A DNA stretch of 64,000 bases from Eledone cirrhosa (Eukaryota): the NCBI GenBank assembly GCA_964016885.1, contig OZ024740.1, positions 311,798,001 through 311,862,000 on the forward strand. The letters are read 5' to 3'. Numbering within the stretch: the stretch's first letter is position 1; every line of letters starts with the position of its first letter. Positions 39,310-53,804 of this stretch are shown one piece after another. The notes under the pieces were generated by a model, which ran no database searches, had not been told where the DNA came from, and worked only from the letters and a program-made list of their open reading frames with translations. Made by a program: the position numbers and the translations under genes.

Positions 39310-42130
39310 TTCCTGTCATACTATAGTACCAATTATCATCAGTAACCTACCTTATACAATGTTGCGTTATATAAGATTGTAAAAAATTCTTTTTGAAAAT
39401 AGCTATAGTCATACAATTAATGAGGCGGTCATAAAACCTATACTAGATACTGTTATGTCAAATGTAATGAAAAATTCTTCAGATACCATAAAAGTTAACC
39501 ATTAAGAAATAATTTAATTCTAAGACGAATTCATGAAATGTTTATAAATATTGAAGAACAACTAGGTTAAAGATTAAAAGATAAAACTAATTTCTCAATT
39601 CAGACTGATGAATATACAGTTGATTACAAGGCCCTGCTCATGGCATATCTACATTATTCTAATAATGATTATAAATTAAAAGAAGGGCTATTATTTGTAA
39701 AATATTTAGAAACTAACATTGGCGAGGAAATCTATTATTACTGTTTTAAGATCCTGGTTTGATGAAAATAAAGTTCCATTAGCAAATTTGTTATAGGTTA
39801 CAACTAATAATGCTATATGCTACTTTCATGGTCAGAAAACACAAAAGCCTCGCAGCGCATTTGAAAAATATGTGCTAAAATTATATGTAGTAGAATCATG
39901 GCAATACATTAGAATATTCAGACACAAACTTGTAGCAAAACCTTGTCCATGTCTAGATTATTTACTTAGTATAGTTATCAAAATTATCAATTTGATAATA
40001 TCACATTGCTAATATGATCGCCTCTTCAGGAAGTTTTGTTCTGATGATAATGAACAGTATGTAAAACTTCTTTTACATATGGAAATCAGACAGCTCTCCA
40101 AAAGAAATTGCTTAACAAGATTTACAAGATTTATTTGATGTTATAGTAAACTTTATAAAAAGATATGGTTAAATAAATAAGAAACCATCAGAATAGCATA
40201 TATAATTAATTTAGCTTGGATATTTCGAAAGCTTAATGAAGTATCACTTCAATTTCGATGAAAAATCATTACATTGTTGTAAAAGGGATTAAAAGCATTT
40301 GATGAAAAATTGGAAAATAGCAAATTTACTTTAAAAAATAATATTTCGCAGCTTGCTTGAGCTGGCAGTAATATGTTCCCCACTTAACAAAATAGATCTT
40401 GAAACATTTTAAACTCTACTTAGCACTAAAACTGACGGAAACAAAACATTCTCTAGTCTATTATCATTTTAAGTAAAACCGTAGATGACAGATCAATTTA
40501 AATGTGATGTTAGTTCACCATAAGAAAATATTCAAGAAGAAATAATTGAATTACGATATACAAAAGTGGGCTGAAAGGTTCATAGGCTGACTATGAAGGA
40601 ATGACGTTAGAGCTGTGAAATCTTGCATGCATTAAAATCCACTCTTTTATTAATAACTGAATTATTGTTTCCATGTAAACTGACATCTGACTGTTCAAAG
40701 ACTTCGAAAGTAACTAGTAGCGACTTCTCTTGAAAATGGACAAAATTTGGCATCGTGGTGTTATCGAGTACCTGCAGAAAAAGGGTTTAGCCTCCAAGGC
40801 TATTCATGCTGACGTTGTTGCTGCATTAGAGGATAGCAGTCCAGCTTTATCAACAGTGCAAAAGTGGACGACTGAATTTAGGAAGAGAAGGGAGAATCTT
40901 GAAGATGACCCAAGGTCTGGACGTCCTGCAACTGCCCCCACCGAGGACAACATTGATCGCGTTCACCACATGGTGATAGATGACAGGCAATTGACTATAA
41001 ATCAAATAGCCAATGCCATTAGCATATCCAATGAGAGAGTGGAGAATATTCTGCACAATGAATTTGGCATGACAAAGGTTTCTGCTTGGTGGGTGCCACA
41101 TCCTCTGACACCTGATCAAAAGCGCACCAAGCTGATCACATCATGGGAAAATCTGACATTGTTTGAGGCAGATCCAGCTGGTTTCTTTCAACATTTTCTA
41201 ACCCAGGCGTGTTGGGTTCATCACTTTGAGATAGGTAAAAAGAGTCAATCCATGTAGTGGAAACATCCCTCCTCACCTGCTCCAAAGAAAGCCAAGCTCG
41301 TTTCATCTGCAGGGAAGGTGATGGCCTCAGTTTTTTTTATGCAAAAGGCATTGTGTTTATTGACATCAAAAGGGTCACACCATCAATGGAGAGTACTATG
41401 CCAACTTGCTGAGACAATTGCAAAAGGCTATCAAGACCAAACACTCAGGAAAACTGACGAATGGGATCTTGTTTCATCAAGACGGTGTTCCAGTACACAA
41501 GTCGTTGGTTTCAATGGCTGCTGTGCATGACGGTGGCTATGAGCTGGTTGATCAACTTCCCTATTCTTCTGATTTAGTCCAATATGTTCCCCAACATGAA
41601 AAAAAACACTTGGCTGGGAACCAGAATCGCAGTAACGATGACATCATATCTGCTGTTGATGACTTCTTTTTACCAACAGGATGAAGGTTCTTCATCAATG
41701 GGATCCAAGCACTTCAACACAGATGGAAGAAGTGTGTGGACTGCAAGAGGGGCTATGTTAAAAAATAGACCTCATTTGGTCACATTCCATGAGAGTATCT
41801 TGGTCAGCCTATGAACTTTGCAGCCGACACTTATATATGCAATAAAGTAGGAAGGACTAAATTCTACGCATTAAACTGGCCAAAATAAGTAAAGACCTGA
41901 CCTCAGAATATCATGAAATATTTGGGGTGTTTTTTTTTTGTTTCTTTACTCTTGTCGGTAAAATAAAGAGCAAGTAAGTCAATGGGGTCTTTAATCGACT
42001 TTTACCCCCTGCATATTACTGGATGTGTGCCTAAATTAGAAACAAGTGTATTACATTATTAAATATGTTTTGTTGTTTCCCTAGTATTCATTTCTGAACT
42101 ATGATAAAATTCGTTGCAATCATGACTATC
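39310..42130 (+). mobile_element. Highly degenerate Buster/Charlie-type hAT transposase, host of the Mariner insertion
   Basis: GEAVIKP-like, FSIQTDE, KLLLHMEIRQLSKRNCL, IQEEIIEL before the Mariner; FPS motif at ~42077 after it. Confidence 0.6.
40561..41833 (+). mobile_element. Mariner DNA transposon, full-length degenerate
   Basis: TIRs GGCTGAAAGGTTCATAGGCTGAC / GTCAGCCTATGAACTTTGCAGCC next to TA. Motifs: DDPRSGRP, WVPHPLT, FHQDG..H, PYSSDL. Confidence 0.92.
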
Positions 42131-42274
42131 CCATCTTTTTTTCGTATAGCGAATGTAGGATCACATTTATAATGTGTCTTCCTTCTTTTGAGAAAACAGA
42201 TTATTATTGAGGAGAGATTTGACTGTTATATATGTAGCAGACTGAAGTTTCCTCATTGGTTCAATAATATAGAT

Positions 42275-44529
42275 CAGGGGTCACCAAACTACGGCCCGCG
42301 GGCCGGATCAGGCCCGTGACGTCAGTTCATCAGGCCCGCTGACGGTACTTGCATTTTCGTGATAAAACGGATGGAACACGAGATGTTTCTAATTCAATGT
42401 CTTTTTCATTTTCAGATCCCTTTTTCTTCACCCTTTATTATGGCTACTAATAAAAAAAAAGTGGACGCCGAGTGTCGCGTTTTCAATGAAGAATGGGGAG
42501 TAAAGTACTTCTTTGTGGAAACAAAGGACCAGAAAGCTAGTTGCGTGGTATGCAGCGAAAGTGTTGCCGTTTTGAAAGAGTACAATCTTCGGCGTCACTA
42601 TGAAACAAAACATCTATCAACATATTCAAAGTTTTCTGGAAAGTTACGCTCTGGGAAATATGAGTCCATGAAACGTGGTTTAGAAACTCAAAGAAATCTC
42701 TTCACAAGAAAGTTTGCTGAAAAAGAATCTGTCACTCGTACAAGTTACAAAATAGTTGGCAGAGCGAGGAAAACCGTTTACTGATGGAAACTTCATCAAA
42801 GAGAGTATGATGGAAGCAGCAAATGACTTGTGTCCTGAGAAAGCCGATTTGTTTGGAAGTATCAGCCTTTCGGCAAGTTCAGTTGTGCGGAGAACAGAAG
42901 AACTTGGAGAGAACATAGTGCTACAGATACGCGAGAAAGCTAGGAACTTGTTGTGGTATTCTCTGGCGCTGGATGAGTCTACTGACCTCTCGAGTACGTC
43001 ACAACTTCTCGTGTTCATTCGTGGTGTCAATTTGGACTTTCAGATAACGGAAGAGTTGGCATCCGTTTGCTGCATGCATGGAACAACAACTGGAAAAGAC
43101 ATTTTCATGGAAGTGCAGAAAACTTTTCAAGACTATAACATTCAGTGGAATCAGCTTCGAGGTGTTACAGTTGATGGAGGAAAAAACATGGCTGGAGTGA
43201 GGAAGGGTCTGGTCGGGCAGATCAGGACTTAGTTGGAAGATTTGCAAATTCCGGGCGCTCTGTTCATACACTGCATCATACATCAGCAAGCACTCTGTGG
43301 GAAAGATTGGATATTTCTTGTGTACTGAAACCAGTCGTTTCTGCTGTGAACTTCATTCGGGGATATGCACTCAATCACCGTCAGTTCCAGGCTTTTCTTG
43401 AAGAAATTGATTCTGATTTCTGTGACTTGTCTTATCACACAGCAGTGAGGTGGCTCAGCTGCGGTAAAGTCCTGTTTCGTTTTTACAAACTCCGAAACGA
43501 AATAGATGTTTTTCTCACTGAAAAAGATAGAGCTGATCCACAGCTGTCAGATCCTACCTGGCTGTCAAAGTTGTCATTTTTGGTCGACATCACATCCCAC
43601 ATGAATGAACTGAACTTGAAACTTCATGGAAAGGATAACCTCGTCTGTGATCTCTACAGAATCATCAAAGGATTTCGGAGAAAGCTGTCATTGTTTGAAG
43701 CACAACTGGAAGGAGAAAACTTCTCTCATTTTCACTGTTTCAAAGAGTTTTGCGCTACAATTGCTGAAGATGTCAACCTCGATTTTCCTAAAAAGATTAT
43801 TCGTGACTTGAAGAAGCATTTTTTGGAGAGATTTTCAGATCTCGACAGAATTGAGAGTGACATTCTTCTGTTCCAGAATCCGTTTGATTGTAACCTTGAT
43901 GATGTGCCAATTGAACTACAGTTGGAGCTCATTGATTTGCAAGCAAATGACTTGTTGAAAGAGAAGCACAGAGAAGGAAAACTTGTTGAATTTTACCGCT
44001 TCTTACCTGATGTTGAGTTTTCGAAATTGAAGAAATTTGCCGCTGGTATGGCATCATTGTTTGTAACAACTTATGTTTGTGAGCAAACATTTTCAAAAAT
44101 GAAGTATGTGAGGTCAACACATCGAACGAGATTGATGATGAACATTTGAAAGCAATTCTCTTGATTGGATGCAGCAATTCCAAACCAAACATTGATGATA
44201 TCTTGAAAGCCAAACGTCAGTTTCACAAATCTCACTAACCTTTTTTTGCTGCTTAGTTTGTAAGATTCAGATATGTGCACACTAGGTCTGATGTAACTAT
44301 ATTTTTGCTAACGTCGCCTTCTTTGATAACCTTTTAGTAAATAAATATGTTGGTTGTCTTTGTTTTTTGTGCATTGCACGCCACTCACCCATGATTAACA
44401 TGGAATGCTAAACGTAGTGTTTCGTCTTTTTCCCCAGGCTTGCAAGTATTGAACAGAATGATTATGCGGCCCGCGCTCGTCATTCTTTCAGTTATCTGGC
44501 CCACTGTGAAAAAAGTTTGGTGACACCTG
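42275..44529 (+). mobile_element. hAT transposon (SPIN/OC1/GTF2IRD2-like) with TIRs and perfect 8-bp TSD
   Basis: CAGGGGTCACCAAACT...AGTTTGGTGACACCTG; TSD ATATAGAT at 42267-42274 and 44530-44537. Confidence 0.95.
42439..44237 (+). pseudogene. hAT transposase with a few frameshifts and a stop
   Basis: CVVC..YNLRRHYETKH, SLALDESTD, VTVDGGKNM, HCIIHQQ, VRWLSCGKVL, TYVCEQTFSKMK. Confidence 0.92.
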
Positions 44530-45029
44530 ATATAGATATTAATTCGTATAGTATTTGCTTAAAGGCGTACATGTGTACTAAAGAAAAGAAATCTACGATT
44601 CATCTACCTTTTACTTTGATTTACACAAGTGGCGCTACTGGCGCTACTGTCATGATACATGAAGTAAGAAGGGTAGCAGCTCAGTATATCTTAATGTTGT
44701 ACTTCAGCGCCTAGATTAATTGTAGGAACACTATGGTTATCGAATCTGACATACTATAGACTATTGATAAAAAAGCCAAGATCATTTACGTGTTTAAATG
44801 CTTAGGTTCAAATTCTAAAGTTGTTCTACCATTTTCTTGAAAAGGGTAGCATTAAAAGGTGTTGTATTATTATTTATCAAGACAAATTGGAAGGCGTGGG
44901 ATAACTACAAGACAATCGAAACAGGTCAGCATAAACACTGTATCAAATCTTGAGCATCAAACAAAGAGAACAAATACTATAACTAATAACAATTAGAACA
45001 GATACAACAAATCAATTTATATGACAAAT

Positions 45030-45531
45030 GGGGTAATGACCGAAAGAATACGATCGCGAATACATGCGGCCGAAATGGGGTCCCTCCGAAGAGTCTTTGG
45101 AGTAACGTTACTCGATAGAGTGCGTAGCTCAGATTAGGGAGTCACTCCAGGTAGAGCCTCTATTTCTCCGAATTGAGAGATCACAGCTACGATACTATGG
45201 GAATTTGGTTAGAATGTCTCAGGAAAAAATCACTGGATAGATTTTACGGGCAAAACCAACCGACTGGAGAACCAGGAGTAGACTCCGAGTAAGATGGTTG
45301 AATAACATCCATGAGCTTGGCTGGTCTTGCTTGGAGATCCAGCCGAATCATTTGGAGGTGGTTGCTTCTGACAGAACCCACTAGAAGGAGTGTTTGAGGA
45401 CTCTTCCCCCACGATCATTTCAGGAATAATTGGGTAAAGAAGAAGAAGAAGAAGAAGAAGAAGAAGAAGAAGAAGAAGAAGAAGAAGAAGAAGAAGAAGA
45501 AGAAGAAGAAGAAGAAGAAGAAGAAGAAGAA
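45030..45531 (+). mobile_element. RTE-clade LINE 3' fragment with (GAA)n tail
   Basis: MTERIRSRIHAAEMGSLRRVFGVTLLDRVRSSD..VEPLFLRIERSQLRYYGNLVRM. Confidence 0.85.
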
Positions 45532-47330
45532 ATGAATAGTTATAACACGTCAATGAACTTAGATATGTGTGTTCTTCCCTTTTTGGTAGGTTAGTACAAA
45601 GTAAACAGAGGCTGCATCTGCCGTGTGTCTGTCCGGTCAAGAGAGATATGGATGTTGACTAAGTATTAAAAAACACCGAAATCAAAGAAGATAAGTGTGT
45701 CTACGTTCGTGTGTGCGTGTGTACGTGTATGCGTGTATGCGTGAATGCGTGTGTGTATTTGAATCGTTATTGTTCATAGTTTACACAACCGACTGCTTAA
45801 TCATTGGGTCACTGGTTGACTTCCTTCAAACATTTTGAAACCTCTATATATTTGAAATTATATATGTACGACTATAATCAAATGTTTTCACACATAGCAT
45901 ATAACATTGTGTTTTCTTAGATCCGTTTGAGATATCCCGATATCTTCGTTGAACCATAAATTAAACACATCTTTGTAATCATAGACATAAATTCTAACCG
46001 AGATATTGCTTTGGGAGTTCTTAGAAATATCAGATACATAAACGTTAATAGGAATTAATACGCATATGAAACATCATGCTCTGATCAATTTCAAAGCTAC
46101 AGATATAGATAAATATGCATTATTATCTTCTAGCAGAAGAGTGCATTTTGTTTAAGTTGGCGCCAAATGTTTTAGCTATAATATACTGTTATAATGCACC
46201 TTTCATTACAACCAAACTTCTGGCTGCCATCTTATTTCGCGTTGAAAGATTTTAAAACAACGTTGTTTCACATAAAAGAATATTTGAATAAACTGTACGT
46301 GTGATTTTTTCCATAAATAAGTATCTAAGTATCACTTCAACTACGAAAATATAGACCTCATGCCAACAATATACATGGCTGCTGTGTTCACGAAACTCCG
46401 CCCTGGGCGTTAACAAAATACATCTTCTGTCTTAACAAAAAATCTCTTACAATCTTTGCGGAAATACAGTTTTTGTGTTGATAGACATGTGAAAATGAAC
46501 GTAACATAATAAAAGGTTACATAGACGATGACTTAGCGGAAACGCTCGAGTGCTTTGTGATATTAAGTTACATCCGTTTTACTTTTTGAGTTCAAAACCC
46601 ACGATTTCAACTTTGTCTTTCATCCCTCTTGGATCTATAAATAAGTACATGTTCTTGTTTAGTTCGGGTCAGCTCCGATTGAACAGGTCTATAAGCAAAG
46701 GTTTTACAACCTTGATAATCTTGTTTTTGTTTAAGTGGGGTAAATGGAGGTCAGACATAGTGTATCAAAGACTAAATTATCCAACAAGACTCGGTTTACA
46801 TTTTAAAGTGGTCAGAATATGTGAGATCTTAGTATCAGTAATACACTGATCTAGAATTAGTCGGCTATATTCTTCTCTACATGTGTAACCACATTCATGC
46901 TAAAGTTAAAAATATAGCACAGTATCAATGAGACATCATTTCTGAATTTTCTCGTCACTTACGAGAAAAGTAAATAATCAAAGCTATATTTAAGCTGAAG
47001 TTAGAATAAGTTTAATGTGGTGAATATTCAGTTTAAATGATTGCAGATTAGTGGATGGAAATAGAAAATAAGTAAGAAGAGAATAATCTAACAGCCGGAT
47101 AGAGAGAGTGGGTATTGGCATGCATATCTATCAGACATCTTTCTCTGTTATATATTTGGGTGTGTTTGTTGGGGTTTAAAGTTAGTAGCTGTTCCATTTT
47201 GACCAATAAGAGAATAACTTGAAGAAATGTAATTTTAGCTATGCATGATTGATGAGTAGATAAATATGGAGTGGTCTTAGGTTTCTTTAACATACGTAGC
47301 GACCCTGCCATTTCTCGATCTTTCACATGC

Positions 47331-47424
<94 letters not shown>

Positions 47425-47453
47425 CTCTCTCTTTCTCTCCCTCTCTCTCTCTC

Positions 47454-47489
<36 letters not shown>

Positions 47490-47600
47490 TTGTAATATAA
47501 TGAAACGAAATTTCATTTCTCACTCTTAGTACGGCACTTACTTAAATGTAAGTATGTATGTATACGTACATACATATATGTATACAGACGTACAGTAGCA

Positions 47601-47706
<106 letters not shown>

Positions 47707-48408
47707 CAGGTACACATATATATATGTACGTATCAGTTTAGCGAACGTTTATTATAACACTCGCTTTGTCCGTTTGTAAACAAGCGAACAGCCTGATTTA
47801 TGCCATACGGTGTTAAGGCAACCACGTCACCTTTTTGTTCAACACTGGCACAGGAACGATGTACTAGTTTCAAGCTTGTTAGCTATCATCAGCACCGTTT
47901 ACCCTTCTGCCAGATAGTTGAACGTTCGAAAGTATATACTTGCTTTTATGAAAATTAACGGCTGAGCAGCCTAATTTGCATATCGAGTGAGTTCAGTCGG
48001 CCAGGCGTACCGAAAACGATAAGTATAGGAAGCTTTCAAAATGGTCACAGGTGTTGTTCTTCCTCTATCGACAAAGCTATAAAGATTAAAACATTAAAAA
48101 AATAACGTCATATCAATCATTACACAAACCTTTACTTTACGTTGACTTTCCTTCACCGTAAGTATCCATAACCTTGTCACTACTCAAAAGAAACCAATTG
48201 ATAGAGTCCCATACTGCTTAATAAATAACTGTCTTTTACACAACGTCACACCGTCTTTTCTTTGAATACATTTCTTGACTTCTAGGTTTTCAGAATATAA
48301 AATGTTTGAGCTATGCAGTGTTCTCTATTAGACAATATTTCGAAACCTAATGTTTAATATCTCTGAAGAATTATAAAATCAATTTGTTTTTTTCAATTCT
48401 TTCCCCAG

Positions 48409-48510
48409 ACGATAGCAATTATTGCGAAAGGATATTCGATGGATTTCTTTGTTGGCAAGAAACAAAACCAGGAAAAAGGGCTTTCATGCCATGTCCGTTT
48501 AACCCAGATG
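48409..48510 (+). CDS. Class B (secretin-family) GPCR exon, hormone-binding domain part 1
   Basis: Polypyrimidine-CAG acceptor and GTGAGT donor; 102 bp, phase 1-1; encodes DSNYCERIFDGFLCWQETKPGKRAFMPCPFNPD. Confidence 0.92.
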
Positions 48511-49899
48511 GTGAGTTCATTTAGTTTCCTATTGTTATATAATCGTTCTTATTGTATTATTGTTGTTTAGCCCAGATCAGATCTGATTCAATAGACCTCC
48601 TCTTGTAAAAGAGGTACTAACTGTGAACATCATATCATTTCCCAAACGTATGTGCATGCGTGTATGTTTTTCTAATACATCGCTCGGTTTAATGCCACCA
48701 CCTGTTCCTTGGGCGATATTAGCTGGTTCATTCTGTTGGATAGTCGAACCAGATTTCAGCTTCACTCTTATTTTTCTCTGCAAACATTAATTTGCAGATG
48801 TTCAGGCTGGGTGTCACTACACCTATCTCACAAGTCTGCATGTGCCTTCAAAACTCATTTTAATTCCCCTTTCCATTTCTGAGTAACTTAACAAAAAATA
48901 GATCATCGAACCAAATCATTATATATGTTGGTAGACTCCTACAAAGTTAGAGAGAAGAGGTGTTGTTAATTATATCGACACCAGTAAATTACTGAAACTT
49001 TGTTTTATCAGCCTCAGGAAAACCAAAATTCTTACTAACTTGAGCGGCATTTCAGCTCAGAACAGCTTTGGATGGGGCCTAGATACTCTATAACATTTAA
49101 TCTAGCGTTCTACCATTTCTAGAAGTTATGTTAGACGTGATCCAGCGTATTCAGTTATTCTACTAGAATTAGCAGCCAAATTTCCCTCGGACCACACTTT
49201 CGTATCTTCAAAGAATGAACGGCGATTTTTAATAATGTAACTCTCGATATAATTATAATGGAAATTAAAACGGAATATTCACAATTGCAACGTTTTTGAA
49301 TCAGAGGCCTGATCGATCAGAACGGTGTAATGTAGTTAACTACTAAAATACACTGAAAAAAAAAATGTAGCCCATTCCATGCATTTCAGATTGCTGAGTA
49401 ATTTAAATGTCAATCAGGATGTCTGACTGGGCTAGAATGGACCTCCAGTGGTTCCGACAATGAGTACTACAGTTCTTCGATGAACAGAACGGTCAGCGCA
49501 CGATATTAACGAGCAAGTGGCTGAACATTCTGCAAACACGTGAATCCTTAACGTAATTCTCAAGGAGATTCAACGTGTTACAGTCTACAGGTATAGTCTA
49601 CTCGACAGGTTTCCAAAGTTTCCGTCTACCTAATTTTACTCACAATGTATTAGTCGACCCAAGACTGGTAAATAACGCCTGTCTCATATGCCACGCAGTG
49701 GGATCAAACCCGGAACCTATTGATTGTAAAGCGAACTCGTTAGCCATTCGGTCATTCTATGTCCATAGACTGGGCTACATGTAACAGATTGGGAAAATTT
49801 TAAAAACTCATACCAACGTTCTGTTTTTTTTAATTTTCGTTCGGGTCACTTGCTACTAGAACATTTAAAGGCAATAAATAATTGTCTCTGCTTTCAATA

Positions 49900-51881
49900 A
49901 TAATTGTTTCCACTTTAGGCACAAGGCCAACAATTTCTGGGAAGGGGACAGTCGATTAGATCTACTCCAGTGCATTACTGGTGCTTTATTTATTGACTGC
50001 GTAAGGATGAAAGGCAAAGGAAAACTCAGTGGGATTTGAACTCAGAACATAAAGGGACGTAACTCTATGCTGCAAAGCATGGTGTCTGCGGTTCTACCGA
50101 TACTGCCAATCCATCGCCCTCATGGTTTCTGATTTAGGCACAAGGCTATCAATTTTGGAGGAGTGGAAAGTCGATTAAATCGACCCCAGTGTGTGACTGG
50201 TACTTTATTTTATCGATTCCGTAAGGATGAAAGGCAAAGTTAATATCGGCGGGATAAGAAGTAAAGGGCCGTAACTCTATACCACAAAGCATGTTGTACG
50301 ACGCTCAGATGATTCTGCCAATCCACCGCCCTATTCTGCTTTCAATAATAATAATGTCTAAATTAGGTACAAAGTCAGCAGCTTTTAGGGAAGGGAAAGT
50401 CGATTTCATCAACCTTAGTATTTTACTGGTACTTTGTTTCCTCGACCCCGGAGAGATAAAAGGTAAAGTTGACCTTGAAGTGATTTGAACTCATAGGGCA
50501 ATACATAATACTATTCAATTATCCACCGAGTAAATTAGAACCGACACAGAGACATATATTTTTTAATTTACCAGCAAAGGTTTCATTTGTGGACTGTTTT
50601 CTAACACAACCCTCTACCTTTTAAAAATTTCGTGCTACTTTTTCTAAATGCCAATTATGGTAGTTTCCCCATTAATGCCCTGTCAGATGGTTAAAATAAG
50701 GGAAAATAATGTAATAGAAAACAATAAATCCCTGGATATCATAATAAAGAGGACATAAAAGCTCTCATCGGAAGATAAATAAATTGATAACAGGTGAACA
50801 GAGAAACTTTCTTGACAGCTAACAGATGCAAGTTAATTATCTACCAGTTAGTTGATTAGCTATTACAGTTACTAATCAGTTAATTACAAAAAGAACATCA
50901 TGGATGTTAATAGCTCAGAGACGTCATCAGTATTAAAAACGATAATCATGTCAGTGTCAACATATTTAATGTAGTGAGCTCCAAAAATCTAACTAGCAAT
51001 ACATTGATTTTTAATTTAGGCACACGGCCAATAATTTTATTTTATCGACCTCAGAAGGACGAAAGGCAAAATTGGCCTCGGCGAGATATGAACTCAGAAC
51101 GTAAAGATCCGGAATAAATACCGCAAAGCATTCTGCCAATGCACCGTCATTAATTATCAACTTAGGGCGGTGGATTGGCAGAATAGTTAGAGCATCGGAC
51201 ACCCTGCTTTGCGGCTTAGAGTTACGGCCCTTTATGTTCTGAGTTAAAATCCCGCCGAGGTTAGTTTTGCCTTTCATACTTACGGGACCGATAAAATAAA
51301 GTACCAGTAACGTCCTGGGGTCGATATAATCGATTTTCCTTTCCCCCTCCAAATTGGCGGCTTTGTGCCTAAATTAGAAACCATTAATTATCAACTTATA
51401 TAGGTATGAAATCAATCGTGGGTCTGCATTGATAATAAGTGGTGGTTTCTAACATAGACACAAGGCCAGCAATTTGGGGGAAGGGGAAATCGGGTAAAAT
51501 CGATGTAAAGGGCCGTAACTAAATGCCGCAATGTATTTTTTATGCAACAAATAATCCAATGAAAGCAATATTAATATTAAAAACAAAGTCAATGTTTTTG
51601 TGACGTACGAAGCTCTACCGAACAACAAATCCTTATTAGCGATTCTCCTTCATCCACAGCTTATGCTTTTATGCCTTTCTACCATTTATTATTTCAGGTG
51701 GATTGGCAGTATCGGTAGAAGGTCGGACGCCATGCTTTCCAGCATAGTTACGTCCCTTTACGATCTGAGTTCAAATCCCGCCGAGGTTGACTTTGCCTTT
51801 CATCCTTACGGGGTCGATAAAATAAAGTACCAGTAATGCACTGGGTAATTTGCTGGCCTTGTGCCTAAAGTAGAAACAATT
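49900..51881. mobile_element. Cluster of family A SINEs in both orientations (intronic)
   Basis: Minus copies ~49900-50120, 50122-50331, 50347-50493, 51011-51140, 51443-51530; plus copies ~51164-51385, 51697-51881. Confidence 0.88.
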
Positions 51882-52852
51882 ATTTCAGACTGTAGAAACA
51901 ATTAGTTCAGACTTCCACATCTCTCTTATTGCCAATCCATCGCCATAGTGTACGCCGACGCACACACACACACAGGTGTAGTGAATGTTAGACGCTGCCA
52001 CCTTTCCCTTCCTCAGTCGACGTAATCACCCTTTCCTTCCTCAGTCATCTCTAGTGTGTGACGGACAAATACACAATGCTTTTATATTACTAGATAGATT
52101 ATTTAATTTCTTTATTTTTAGAATTCCTCGAAAGTTTATATCTATTACTTTCTTTTGCTTTCACCGTTGAAGTTCTGTAGTTATTGCTAGAAATATATGA
52201 CTCAGCCTAAACCTCATATTCATATACGTTTCTTCTCACATTGATAATTCGAATTATCACACTACGTTTTCTACCTATAATTCCATTCATTTTATCCAAC
52301 ACGATATTTGGTACAAGCAGATTTAAGATGTGCGTGAGTTTACACTATAAGCAAATGCTCTGTGAATCGATCTGTCTGTCAGCAGCTCGTCTCACCTATA
52401 TAGATATCATTGATATAGATATCATTGATATAGATATCATTGAACATTTATGTTTTATACAATAAATAACCGTACTGGTTATACAGGTGAAATTGTTAAC
52501 GACTTAAGAGGTGAATTTAGGACCATTTTCAACCTTCAGCCAGGAGAGTGAAAGTTGAAAATGGTAATTGCAGAGAATGGCGTGTTGGTGAAGCTTGATT
52601 ACTGAGTGGGGTGATTCAGCAAGATAGAAATATAGAGAAAAGATTGGATTATTCAATTTGGTATTCTATATCATGCTGTACGAATAATAGCGTCGTTGAT
52701 TAAAGGCTTCCAAATGATTCCATCACCGGTTCATTGATTTATGAACGGCGAGATTGTCAAACGAGTATATATGCAATTCGGACGGAATAAATACACAATG
52801 TAATTTTGTTCGACGCACTGATCTTTCGACAGTATTTCGCCGGTGTATATAT

Positions 52853-52909
<57 letters not shown>

Positions 52910-53029
52910 CACATATATATATATATATTTATATATATATATATGTATGTATGTGTATATATATATAGATAGCATTGAACATTTATGTTTTATACAATAA
53001 ATAACCGTATTTGGGGGAAGAGGAAATCG

Positions 53030-53476
53030 GGTGTGTGTCAGGTCACCAGTTGGTGCTACTGGTAACATGTATCCCAGTACAACCTGTCCCATGGTCGGGT
53101 CGTTGGCGACTAAACTGGCAACCCCACCAAGGTTTCTTGGTGAGGAGGGTGACTTTGGACATCCTGCAGGACTAAAAACAAAACCTGTCAAAGGGCAAAG
53201 GAGCTCTTAAGAGTCAATGGCCATCCAAAATCACCGGGTGAGATGACCCCTTAGCCTTTGTCAGGGCAGAATTCTAGGAGAAGGAAAACTCTGATATAAC
53301 ACCTGCAACCCTGATGGTATCCAATGATGTTGACTTGTTCTTCTTTTTGGTAAATATCATCTTGGTTAAGAGAGTGGGACTGGCTTTGTGCAGTGCCTTT
53401 GCTCACTATAAAAGCTTCACGCCACAGGCATTGCTTTATATATGGAGATCTCTCTACACTTGTCGTCACATGGTAC
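53030..53476 (+). mobile_element. Longer copy of the RTE 5'-UTR-like element
   Basis: 3' half matches 33217-33454; ACTGGCAACCCCACC and GGAGAAGGAAAACTCTG motifs. Confidence 0.6.
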
Positions 53477-53804
53477 TTAGTCACATGGTGATTAGTCTCA
53501 TTTGCATATGAAGCTGTATAAGTTGGCTCAACTTATAATAGAATAGAATTAGAATTTAGCTTCAAGCGTAGACTAGAAAACTATATATTTTCGCCTGTTT
53601 TCAAAGCCCAGCAGTGGTAAGAGCAGGAGGGATCCACTTCAGTTCGAAAAGCATCGACGATTGTCCCCCTTACCTTTGCTGGACACCACCAGGTGGCGAC
53701 AGCCGCCGGTGTTTTTGCATAGCTATAGCTTTCTAAATGTTTATTTATAAACATACCGTGTTTCTTTAGAAATACGAAATTCCAATATATATATATATAT
53801 ATAT

